A stretch of 61,728 nt of DNA, filler included, from Rhabdomonas costata (taxonomy: Eukaryota), in the NCBI GenBank assembly GCA_019059605.1. It is 25 parts of 25 records of this genome, joined end to end, with 100 filler letters (N's around TTAATTAATTAA, not from the genome) between each part and the next. Parts side by side here need not be neighbours in the genome. Positions count along the whole stretch, not along the records: positions 1 to 2,373 come from JAHMHO010003735.1; positions 2,474 to 4,846 come from JAHMHO010003736.1; positions 4,947 to 7,319 come from JAHMHO010003737.1; positions 7,420 to 9,790 come from JAHMHO010003738.1; positions 9,891 to 12,263 come from JAHMHO010003739.1; 20 more parts are not named here. One strand, 5' to 3'. The notes beneath the pieces are model-generated. The model was given only the letters and a program-made list of their open reading frames with translations, had not been told where the DNA came from and searched no databases. A program made the translations under genes and the position numbers. Below, one piece after another: positions 1-10,616 of the stretch (position 1 is its first letter; the number at the start of each line of letters is the position of its first letter).

Positions 1-735
1 CGGCAGAGTAAGACTGGTGGGGCTGTGGCAGGAACGTGTGTTAGGGGCTATTCTTGACTTTTATTCATGTTCCAGAAGTAAACCATTGGTATCACTTCTC
101 CTTCCTTCCTCAAATACAGCACGTATCGGCTTCGACTTTAGACCTGCAATTTCAGGCCTCCCAAGGCCCATGGGCCCTTTTTAATGCAGCTGATTGAGGT
201 CAAAAAACCTTTGAAAGGGGGACGAAATAAAATGAGTGAAAGCAAATACGCATTGGGTAGAAATAGACCTTTAAAGGATCCGAGGACCGGAAGTGGCAAA
301 CCAACCATCTGAGAGGCCACAACATTTCACCGCTGTGATTTTTAGGTCACCAAGTTGGTGCGAATTCACGATGCTTGGTGCAAGTGGAAGATGGGCCCAA
401 TTGACATTGGTAGGGGGGAAGTGGTAACGGTTTCCAGTGGTGACGCAAAACCCATCGAAATTGTTCATATTTTAGCTTGCAAAAAGTTAGGTAGTTGAGT
501 CATGCCCCTTCAAAATGACTTTCTTTCACTGGAAGGGGTTTTGGTGACCTGTACCGGTGTTCCGAGATAAGTATTCTTGGTTTGCACGTCAAAATCCGGT
601 GCTGGCTAAGGACTAACCTATAGCTGGGATATGGCGGACGGAGAAGACCATTACCGCTCCCCCACCCCAACGTCAGTTGTACCGGAAGATGGAGTGGATG
701 TGTGTGCAGCTTTCGCAGTGTTTGGCTCCGCACAG

Positions 736-856
736 ATGATGGTGTTCGTCAACACGAAGAACAAGCCCAAGACGTTCAATGAGGAGCAACAGGCCGACGC
801 GATGCTGCTGTTCCTGTACTACTTGCAGCACCAGCTCGAAACCATCGAGGGAGATG
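736..856 (+). CDS. Isolated exon of an unknown eukaryotic protein
   Basis: CACAG acceptor, GC3-rich codons (MMVFVNTKNKPKTFNEEQQADAMLLFLYYLQHQLETIEGD), GTACC donor. Family not recognised with confidence. Confidence 0.5.
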
Positions 857-1749
857 GTACCCGCTGCCTCAGTCCCCTCTCTCCCCGTACTTTCGTTTCA
901 GTGCTCTCTGCTCTCTCCCTTTGTCTCTGCGAGCTCTTGGTTTCTTTTTCGTGCGCCTTATGTATCTTCGCGCTAGTGAAGGACAGACAGAAACCAACCT
1001 GCCGTGTTATCATGCAAGTTGTGCACCTGGTGAGCCCGTCTTTTGGTGTTCTTTCCCTTGTTTTTTACTTGGAAGACTAGAGCAGTGTCCACGAGATGGG
1101 TCTGTGGGTGTCTGTTTCCGTATTTTTTTTTTTGCTTCCTCCTGTTGCGTGTTTTTATGAACCATGAAGTGTAGGCATGCTCGTTGCTTCTCCTCTCGTC
1201 CATTTTTTCAGCTCTGGGGTATACATCCATCATCACCTTCTCCTCAAGAGTGTAGGGCAATCTATCCCCCAAAAGGAAACGTCTTTATTGGAGCAACAAC
1301 CCTTGCGCATGAATTGAAACAACCACCTACACCGCTGGTTTCTGTTCCTTGGTCTTTGATGGATGCATGTTTCCTGTTTGGTGGAGCGGGGATAATGATA
1401 GTGCTTTCCGGTCTTACGAAACCAGAGAAAAACGCTCCATAAATGTAAAACTGTCCTAATCACTCAAAAGATGAGGCACACAAGCTACGTGGTTCGGGAA
1501 AGGACTTTTTAGCGTTTGCCTTGATGCCCGGTAACATGACAGGTGCCACAGCTGTTATGTTGGTGGACATGATCAATGGCCCCCCACTCACGTACAATGA
1601 GATTCGCGCCAATATTCGGATGTTCTCAGGGTATGTTCCCCCTCCCAACCCCACCCATTTTGAAATCCATCAGCCCCCAAAATTCACAGTGCTGCCGAAG
1701 TTATCGAAACTGTGCTTGTGCTTGTGGTTGTGGCTGCTTATGTGCAGTA

Positions 1750-1870
1750 TACAGTAGAGTGCAGTACCAGTACCAGCACAGTACAGCACAGTACAGTGCA
1801 GTGCAGTGCAGTATTGTGCAGTGCAGTGCAGCACAGCACAGCACAGTATAGTAGAGTATAGTATAGTGCT
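1750..1870. repeat. Degenerate pentamer microsatellite (CAGTA/CAGTG/CAGCA/TAGTA)
   Basis: Tandem 5-mers are directly visible. Confidence 0.9.
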
Positions 1871-2001
1871 GCACAGACAGCCTCTTAGTCTTTGTTATTT
1901 TTGGTGTCTCCGCTCTTCTCTCACCGGCAATGGCGAGGAAGGGCCTATTTTTTACCCAAAGTTTTTTCGCCTTGTTCGCTGGACAATGCCGCCATGGTAA
2001 C

Positions 2002-2030
2002 ACCGGACCGGACCGGACCGGACCGGACCG
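2002..2030. repeat. (ACCGG)n microsatellite
   Basis: About 6 tandem copies are visible. Confidence 0.9.
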
Positions 2031-2373
2031 CCCTGCCCGCCCCATCGCCGCACTTTTGAGAGTGTGCATCTGTGCGAAGAAAGTTTCTGATTGGCAGAGT
2101 ATCACTGAACGTCTGTACGCACTGAAAATATAATATCGGTGCTCCTATTCTTTTAGCGCCCTCTCATGGGTATTGGAAGAAGCTACACCGCAATGACGGT
2201 ATTTCCACACACGGGCACAAAGCCACTCCCCTTGCGTTTTCTGGCAGGATCATTGGGCGATCGTTTCCGAAAATCTACAAGCAAGTCATCTCATGCTCGG
2301 AACTTTGTATGTGCCTCCAATGTCCCCCGTATCGCCCTTCCCTCAAACCTTAACCTTACTTCACCCAATCCAG

Positions 2374-2473
2374 NNNNNNNNNNNNNNNNNNNNNNNNNNN
2401 NNNNNNNNNNNNNNNNNTTAATTAATTAANNNNNNNNNNNNNNNNNNNNNNNNNNNNNNNNNNNNNNNNNNNN
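2374..2473. other. Artificial contig linker (N44-TTAATTAATTAA-N44), first of 24 identical linkers spaced about 2.47 kb apart
   Basis: The same 100-nt cassette with stops in all six frames recurs at 4847, 7320, 9791, 12264, 14735, 17206 ... 59260. Flanking contigs are unrelated and near-equal in length. Confidence 0.99.
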
Positions 2474-2738
2474 TCTTCTTCTTCTTTTCTATTTTTGGTT
2501 TATCTTCTTGCTCTGTATCATGCTCAATATCTAAATTCTTGACTTCATCAATTACCTTTTTAATGATATCAACATGACGGAACCAATCCTGCTTTATAAT
2601 CCACTCAAGATAAGACAGACCAGTTGATCTCTCTTTTCCGTTTTTGTCTACTGTTGTCAATTTTGCTATATCAACAGCCTTCATCCCTTTATACTTTCCC
2701 AGCTTGAACACATAGTTTTGAGGCGTGATTTGATCCAT
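2474..2738 (-). CDS. Small viral protein with a DUF3820/ExoX-C-like motif (3' truncated)
   Basis: FKLGKYKG...YLEWI matches the (M/F)xFGKYKG...YLxW motif. It ends in a K/E-rich tail that runs into the linker. Confidence 0.55.
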
Positions 2739-3017
2739 ATAAAATACTATATATTTTTATTTTAGAATTAAAACTTACTAAAAATAATAAAAATATTAAG
2801 TTCAAATATGATCTAAACAAGACCATTTTATGAATTGAATTTTTGGGGTGTGAGTTCATATTTACGACAGCAAGATAGAAAAATTCACTCTGTGTTTCGT
2901 TACGTTTTCGCTCTGTTTCTGTACTGATACTTTATATTTAGATTTCTTGTTTCAGGTGGGTTAAATAGGTTTCTATTTAGATTTTTATAATAATATAATT
3001 ATATAAGTTTGTATTAT

Positions 3018-4022
3018 ATGAAACAAGAAAAATCAAATCAGTTTAATATAAGTGATATCGCAAGATTCAAAAAATGGGCAAAAGATCTTAAAATTGTTCA
3101 TCACAGAGGTAATTTCAAATGGGTTATAAGAAATTATGCAGATATTCATAAAATGATTCATACAAATTATAATAATAATAACTCAAGAAGATCACATTTA
3201 TCTACTTTAGCAAAGGCTTTTAGACTCTATAAAACTGATAAATCAAGACTATATAAAAAATATAGTACTGAATCAATTAAATTACAGAAGCAGATTGAAG
3301 ATGTACAATCACAACAAACTTTATCACCTTCAAGAGAACTAAATCAAGTTAGTTTTCAAGAAATATTAAAAAAGAGAGATGAATACAAACAAAAATTTAT
3401 AGAGAATAAGAGCAATCATAAAATTAATCAACAATACTTAACATTATGTTTATACACAATGCAACCACCACTTCGTCTTCAATATATTGATATGAAGATC
3501 GTTACTGATACACCAGATAAGAAATATAATTACTTATTGCACAGTAGAAACAAATATTTTACTATAATTAATAAAGATAAAGTTATTAGAACTTATGGTC
3601 AGGGAGTATTTGAATTAAGTAGTGATTTGTGCAGTGTTATTGATGATAGTTTACAAAATTATGAGCGGAAATATATATTGTCATTAAATAACAACCCTAA
3701 TAAACCTATAGGTATACAGATGTTTTACATCCTATTACATGAAATTTTTAACCCCAAAAAAGTAGGTGTTGATATATTACGGTCTGTTTTTGTAACTCAT
3801 GTATTTGATAACAAAAAAATAACAATGAAAGAAAAACAAGAAATATCAATAAAAATGAGATCTTCAACTGGTGTTATGTCAACAAATTATCATAAAATTT
3901 CACATCAATATGATGAAGAAAAGTTGATTGATGATTTCGTCAATGACATACAAGACGTTGACAAAAACAAATTTAAAGTAATGATCATTAAAGTTCTGAA
4001 GAAATTAAGAAATAGTAGTTAA
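3018..4022 (+). CDS. Tyrosine recombinase/integrase, PLV/virophage (OLV11-like) type
   Basis: Motif order LYTMQPPLRLQY (Arg), NYL, NKDKVIRTYG (Lys), GVDILRSVFVT (xxLR), KMRSS...NYHK (catalytic Tyr) matches PLV/virophage tyrosine recombinases. First ATG is at 3018. Confidence 0.85.
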   Translation: MKQEKSNQFNISDIARFKKWAKDLKIVHHRGNFKWVIRNYADIHKMIHTNYNNNNSRRSHLSTLAKAFRLYKTDKSRLYKKYSTESIKLQKQIEDVQSQQTLSPSRELNQVSFQEILKKRDEYKQKFIENKSNHKINQQYLTLCLYTMQPPLRLQYIDMKIVTDTPDKKYNYLLHSRNKYFTIINKDKVIRTYGQGVFELSSDLCSVIDDSLQNYERKYILSLNNNPNKPIGIQMFYILLHEIFNPKKVGVDILRSVFVTHVFDNKKITMKEKQEISIKMRSSTGVMSTNYHKISHQYDEEKLIDDFVNDIQDVDKNKFKVMIIKVLKKLRNSS

Positions 4023-4118
4023 TTTTTAAAATTTATATTGGCTTAAATAAATAACTGGTATATATAATTAATATTATACTTTATTGAGAATAAAAAATCT
4101 AACCTAATTTTATAAGAA

Positions 4119-4289
4119 ATGGCTGGCAAATATTACACAGAAGCACAAAAAAAGGCAACTAAAAAATATTTTGACAAATTAAAAGCTGAAGGACGAACAC
4201 GAAATCATGGTTCCAAAGAAAGAGACCGTGAAAGGCACTACATCGCAAATACTTATATTTTTATTAAGAAACTGTTTCAAGAACAATAA
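4119..4289 (+). CDS. 56-aa basic viral protein (below the ORF-track length cutoff)
   Basis: ATG 4119 to TAA 4289, MAGKYYTEAQKKATKKYFDKLK.... It fills the intergenic gap on the same strand and is followed directly by a perfect hairpin. Confidence 0.65.
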   Translation: MAGKYYTEAQKKATKKYFDKLKAEGRTRNHGSKERDRERHYIANTYIFIKKLFQEQ

Positions 4290-4319
4290 AAATATATAGT
4301 TTTTTAAACTATATATTTT
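4289..4319 (+). terminator. Perfect AT-rich hairpin, putative transcript 3'-end signal
   Basis: AAAATATATAGTTT-TTT-AAACTATATATTTT gives a 14-bp stem with a 3-nt loop, starting at the stop codon of the 56-aa ORF. Confidence 0.6.
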
Positions 4320-4389
4320 GAATTCGGTTTAAAGAAATCCGGTATATATATAAATATACCCGAAAAAAATTTCTCAACATATAGTATCA

Positions 4390-4846
4390 ATGACTGACAG
4401 CAAAGTTTTTGAATTGTATACTTTGAAAAAGTTTAGCGATACAAAAAAGGCATTACTAAAACCCAAAAAGTTATCTATAAACGATCTTATTGCTGAGCTA
4501 GAATTTGATGATGATTATTATTTTAGGATTCATAAAGAATCACAATATACATTTTTTTGTGATGTTGACGGAATAGATGATTTTAATGAATATGTTAATA
4601 CACTTATCGATTTCCTCAAGAAATACTACAGTATAAACATTGATATTGATGAAGATGATGTTAGTTTTACCAAGAACGACGGAAAACATGGCTCATATCA
4701 TATCTCAATTCCAAAATTAAACGCTTCAACTGAAAAATTAAAAGAAATTCACGAAAACTTTAAAAATACTTATTTTGACAAAACAGCTAAATTTATTGAT
4801 ACCTCAATATATTCTGAACATTGGTTCAGATATCCTAACCAAAACA
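4390..4846 (+). CDS. AEP-family primase domain, probably the N-terminus of a D5-like primase-helicase (3' truncated)
   Basis: Motif I FFCDVDG (DxD), motif II GSYH, motif III IDTSIYSxxWFRYPNQ. Confidence 0.85.
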
Positions 4847-5289
4847 NNNNNNNNNNNNNNNNNNNNNNNNNNNNNNNNNNNNNNNNNNNNTTAATTAATT
4901 AANNNNNNNNNNNNNNNNNNNNNNNNNNNNNNNNNNNNNNNNNNNNGTTGGTTGTTTACGCCGTTACACGTCTCTCAAGGTTGAATCAGGGTCCTTTTAA
5001 GGAACATTTGTGTACGCTTGGACTTGTTTCTGCGTGAATGAAAACGGTAACAATGTGATTGGTGGCCTGACTTTGTATTTTACGTGACATTGCAGCCCCT
5101 TCAGCATGTCGGTTGCTGAAATCTGCTGCGATCACCTTCGGAGTGATTTCCTCCGTTTCTTCCTTTTGTCCTTTTCCTTTCTTTCTAGGATCTTGCATTT
5201 CTTTCAGGTTCTTCTCTCTTTGTGTTCTCTTTTTCTTCCTGACTGGGCCACCCTTGCAAGGTGGGTTGCTGGTTTGCTTTGTTCCGTTC

Positions 5290-6818
5290 ATGGGGAAGGC
5301 TTGGCAGGGCACCGCACTTCTGAAGGGCTGCCTCCCCGGCTATGGCCCCGTTGCCGTCACGTTTCCAGGTCGAGCAAGGCCTGGTGGTGCGTTCTATTCG
5401 ACGAGCCCAGTGAACCCCTTCATGGTGCTTGGCATCCCCTACGACGCTACTCTGGATGAGATCAAGTTTGCGTACAAGAAGATGGCAATGCGGTAACACC
5501 CCGATCGCCCCACAGGTTTGGGGAATGCAAGGCGCGGTAAGGGCTTTTGTGGATGCTCCGCTTCTGGCTTCCCCATTGCAAGTGTTTCGGAAGAACTGCC
5601 TGCAACGTTGGTTCCTCCCGCTTGACTCCTCGTGACAATATACCTGTGGTACGGTGCGCAGTGTTGATCTCGCGCTTGCGGAAGAATTCTGCAGAAGACT
5701 ATGGGCCTTTTCTGCTCCGAAACTCCCAAACCACGCTGCCCAACTAGGTTTACCCTTGCGTCCAAACAGTGAGAGCAATGGAACAAGAAAAGGGTTGCAG
5801 GGGCAATCGGAAGCGGAGCTATGAAATAACAAAGCGAAATAATTATGAGATTGAAGAAGCCGGCGGTTAATTTCCCCAGGGGACGTGGCCAAGATGCGGC
5901 AGCTCACCGAGGCTTACGAAGAGCTCATCAACTCCGGGGGCTTCAGTGCGACCTACACCTTCTGGTCGAAGTCGGCCTACCGCGCAGCCCGTGCGAAGTA
6001 CCAGTCTCGTTGGGCAAACCCCGAGCACACGGCATGGCAGAGAAGGGCCTACGGCAGCCACAGCGAAGCGGGGACCTCCACTGGACGAGCGGCGGATGGC
6101 GGCGAGGGAAAGGCCGGCGCTACTGGGGAGAGGGACTCCGAGCAGAGCGGGTTCCACGAGTGGTACAAGCGCCAGCACTTCAAGTTCGATACGGACTTCT
6201 CCGATGAGCAGGCCGCTTATGACTACTTTGGGTGGGGAGGTGTGTGTGCGTGTGTGTATGTGAAACCGAGCTTTTGTAGTCCTGCCGCAGGGTGTCGACC
6301 TGTTGAGGTTGTGCTTCCTTTTTGTCTTTCGGTGATTCTTCCCACCTACAACCCCTGAGTATGTGTATTTTGTGGGTGAGAGAGAGAGACCTTGCTCCAA
6401 TTCGTCCGTCGCAAGTAGCCCCACTCCGTCGTACGCAGTCGCGCATCTATTGCTATTTCCTTTTACACCCTCTTTACCACTTCACGCACATCCTCAGTTC
6501 CTCTCAGTTTTTGTTCGTTGCTCTGTTGCTCTGAGTGCGTGCAAATGGCAATCCCCGTGCATAGCAATGGTGGGGGTTCATGAGACGAAAGAACGCATGG
6601 ATGGAAGCTTGCGTGGAAGAAAGCGGCCAGTGTTTCAATTTCGCACTACAGGTCGAGACCGGTCCTGGTGGAAGGAGCAGACGTCTGCGGAGAAGCAAGC
6701 CGAGCAAAGGGATAAGCAGCTCAAGGCTCGGCTCAACCTGAAGGACCCGCACGGGCTGAAGACCAACCGGATCATCCTGGGCGTGGGCGCAGCCGATGGA
6801 ACCCTGAAGAACTGGTGA
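5290..6818 (+). CDS. J-domain (DnaJ-like) protein, 3 exons (5290-5515, 5880-6239, 6652-6818), with an in-frame TAA at 5494-5496
   Basis: The spliced product reads NPFMVLGIPYDATLDEIKFAYKKMAMR*HPDRPTGDVAKMRQLTEAYEEL. Both GT-AG introns are phase-compatible. The N-terminus resembles an organellar presequence. May be a pseudogene. Confidence 0.85.
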
Positions 6819-9800
6819 TCGCCGCCTCTGCGGGATGGAGGCGCGTCCAGAACTCCTTCCTCCACCTCCCTCCAGTGCCGCCTGTGGGCTTTGTGGGTGT
6901 CATGTGTTTGAAGCGTGAATGCTTCGCCGGAGGCGGGGGGGGGCACTGTTGGTCATGCTGATTGAGTGAAGAGGTCCAGGGGGGCATATGCAGACTTTCG
7001 TCGTTTTACTGGAACGTGGCAGTCCGAAGAAGGTTGCGTTTATATGGGACTGGGGTCGGTGAGCAGTGACGGCTGTATGGGAATGATTTTTGGGCTTTTG
7101 CTTGCGTATGCCCCAACGCGCCAGGCAAGGGGCGCCTGTAGGCGCTTGTGAACGCGATGCCATATAGCGGGCTCTTTTCCAACTGTGATGTGAGCAGTGG
7201 TTGTGTGAGTTGTCCCCATGTGCCCCTCTGCCTTGGTTTTGGACTAAGAGAAGAGTGATAATGTCCTGTACTTTTTATAGATACGGTGTGCATCTCCCCA
7301 ACCAAACACACCCACCACCNNNNNNNNNNNNNNNNNNNNNNNNNNNNNNNNNNNNNNNNNNNNTTAATTAATTAANNNNNNNNNNNNNNNNNNNNNNNNN
7401 NNNNNNNNNNNNNNNNNNNTTGTTTGCAAGCAACTGCGACTTTGAACTCTCTCCGTCAAAGGCGTGAATCCTTGACTCCCTTGATCAGTTGCATTGATGG
7501 TGATGGAATTACCCTTGCCATTCTTTTCTGTTGCTGCTCTGCAGACCTCCGCACTCCCCCTCACCCGACGACCCGGGGTCGTCTCTTACTGCTTGCGCCT
7601 ACTCATCGTCTTCTTTTCCTGGACAAACACACACTCTCACTCTGTTGCAATGCGCGGGGAACTTCTTCATGAAAAGATTGAACAACAGATGAAGGGTGGG
7701 CTTTCCATTGAGGGTTGCTGTCAATGAGTGTGTCTTGCTGATTTGAATGACTCTCAGCTGTGCAATTCTGTTTGCATTGACAGGTTCAAGAGACGTGGCT
7801 GTTGCCGCCCGCGAGCCGCTGCTGCTACACCTCAGGCAAATGCTTCTGTTCCAACCCTCCAAATCCGAGCATAGAAAATTGTACACTCCCACACACATGC
7901 ACACAACCAAGGGGGGGCTGCTTTACGAGCTGCTCCGCAAGCAGGGCCTCGACGGCTCGAAGAGTGACCTTCCCATCTCGCCCGCTGCACAGCACCCTGC
8001 GCGTCCCCGAAACAGCCACACTATTACACAGGACAGACGCCAGCCTCTCCGCAGATGCACAGTTGAAGCGGAAAGAACAACCATCGCTGCAGGCAAGCAG
8101 AACAATCAGTCACGCAACAGCGAAAGGCAAGCAGAACTAGCTCCCCCATCCCCACCCCCTGCACTTCACTTACCACTGCCGGTCGTCACTTAGGCTGATG
8201 GAGCTTCCCACCTTGCCGAACTCTGGGTAGGAGCATGTCGCGGTGGTGATGACGGGGGCCTGAAGAACATGAGATGCAGCCACGGCCAATCATCGACTGA
8301 AGATAATCAATTTCGGTGTGGGTCGGGAGGGCTCTGCCAGAAGTCTAGAATTCCGAGTTCAGCATAAAAAGTCACTCACACTGAAAGAACAGAACTATTT
8401 CAGCCACATCTAAACAGCCAACACCACTCCAGAACCAGCAAAGGTCAGAACCCTTGCTAAAAAGCAAGCAGATGCCCCCCCCCCAAAAAAAAAGCGCCAT
8501 TGGATGGAGAAACAGAGAGAGGGAGGAAAATAAATAAATAAATAAAGAAAGAAAGATTAGCAGCAAGTAGCATCTTCCCGAAAAGATGAGAGAAAGGAAA
8601 GATATCTATAACACAAAATGCGCGCTGGGATAAGAGATCCTAATGGTCCTGGAGGATTACAGAATTTGACATGTGCTGTCATGTGCGTGGGTGGGCGTCT
8701 CAAGGGTGCACACAGAACCACAGACCTCATCCTTGCCATCGGCCGGAGGTGGGCGGTCCCTGGGAAGGTTGAAGACCTTCAAACACTTGTCCTCCGTAAG
8801 CGCCAGGATACGATGGAAGCCACTGAACCTGCGCACAAGGAGAGACTTGGCTGAGGAGTGCATGCTGTCCATATTACCCATCCCCAAGAGTATAAGGATG
8901 GTTGGTGTTAAGGCAGAACAACCAACTTCACCTGCCCCCTAAAAATAATATCAATTCCACGCCCAATTCTGGGTTGGCTGAATATGTGGTCTCACAAGCA
9001 TTAGAGAACGTTGCTGAAGTGGAGGGAGCTCTGACCACGAGCATCGGGTCAGAGCTCATAGAGTTCAACCAGAACCAGTGAGAGAGAAAGAAGGGAAGAT
9101 GAAGTGGACGGGGCGAGGGAGGAGTTCCACCCTCTGCCATAGCACAGGCACGTCGCGGCGTAGTCGAGCTTCCAGTACGCCTGCAGGAGGGAAAAAAGAC
9201 TGCTGCTACTATTGAAAGTACCACAAGGGATCGCGCGTGCGATGGATCGGTCGTCCATAACGTCCGCTTTCACGGGAAAGGATGGTACTTTTTATTTGGC
9301 ACGCATAAAGAAAAAATTGATAGGCTTTTTTTTCGGCCGGGCTCGCTTAGCATACGTAAAGGGTAGAGCCCAAGAGCACTTCATGAGGATGCCGAGTGGG
9401 CGGGAACGCTTCTGGACCTCTGGCTGCTTCTCTACGACAATGTATGCGCGACCTGGAAACTGCAGCCTTCCGGGGCGCTCAGTGAAAAAGTAAACCTTGG
9501 GACCCATCACCCAGAGGAAACGGATTAAGCAACCTAAACGGCCGCAGTTGGCGAGTGGTAATGACAGTTGATTACGAAACGCAAAAAAAAAACACGTGGA
9601 CACGACGCACCTCGAGGGAAGACTCGCGCTTATATTGATAGCCATCCTCTTTCTCGGCGTAGTCCATGGGCTGAGGCGCTCGGACTGCCCACACGTCACC
9701 GTTTCTCACAGTTACCAGAACTTGCTGCAAATGGAGTGTGAGCGGAGAATAAAAAAAGCAACGAACGTATGCCCTCCACAACCCACAAACNNNNNNNNNN

Positions 9801-10616
9801 NNNNNNNNNNNNNNNNNNNNNNNNNNNNNNNNNNTTAATTAATTAANNNNNNNNNNNNNNNNNNNNNNNNNNNNNNNNNNNNNNNNNNNNGATGTGAGCC
9901 ATTTTTTTTTGCGAAGGGGGATGACACACCAAATCAGATCACTCCATGGTCTCTGTGAAGTAACCAATTGCGATTGGGGAGGAAGTGGAGTGGAGATGTG
10001 CCGGTACTCATGATCCTATCATTCCGTCATCTGCTGCCCCTGTCCGCATAGGTAGGTTACCTGTAGAACGGGGCCTGTAGTTTTTTCATTCGGCGTTCAC
10101 CAGGCTTTTGGCGCAGCCAGTCTTAGAAGCATTTTGGCCCACGCCGGTAGTGGTGCTTGTGGGCTGTCTTCTTGGGCATTTTGGGCAGGTCAGCTCGAAC
10201 GCTCAGCCCCGGAGGTGGGCTGGAGAAAGCAGAAAAACTCTGAGAGCACAAAATGCGGCGGATGTCGAAAAGGGGCCGAGGGTCCAGAATAAACCCCTGC
10301 CTCCTCAAAAGGCCGTGACTGTGGTAGAGGTAAATCCGGAGGTCCAGTAACGTCCAATTGACGAAGTTGATGAGGTCCACCAAATCTGTGCCGTAACCGC
10401 CATTCTTACACGTTTTCTGAGGTGAAGGCCAGGTGTCGGGCTCCGGTTCCGGTTTGTGTGGGGATGTGGGGCCAACCGAGAGCCATGGGTTGTGACCGCT
10501 TGGGAACAGCAAGATGAGAAAGAACTGCAAAGTATTTCATGTGAGAAAGCACTCCGCTAAAACATGTTTTCGCCAACAGTGCCTATGCCTTAAATTATCT
10601 CCTTTGTCGTCCGCAG

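Larger units (their letters stand above)
2474..4846. mobile_element. Fragment of a Polinton-like virus / virophage-type element
   Basis: Very AT-rich, intronless and gene-dense, unlike the host contigs. Encodes an OLV11-type tyrosine recombinase and an AEP primase. No capsid gene is inside the fragment. Confidence 0.75.

Noticed and set aside
138-730. LINE remnant (LGGLKL resembling GGLGL)
   Set aside because: A single short motif with no RT core.
2418-2429. TTAATTAATTAA recurring every 2.47 kb as a biological repeat, and ORFs ending in ...XXXLIN
   Set aside because: It is a synthetic linker inside N runs. Adjacency across linkers has no meaning.
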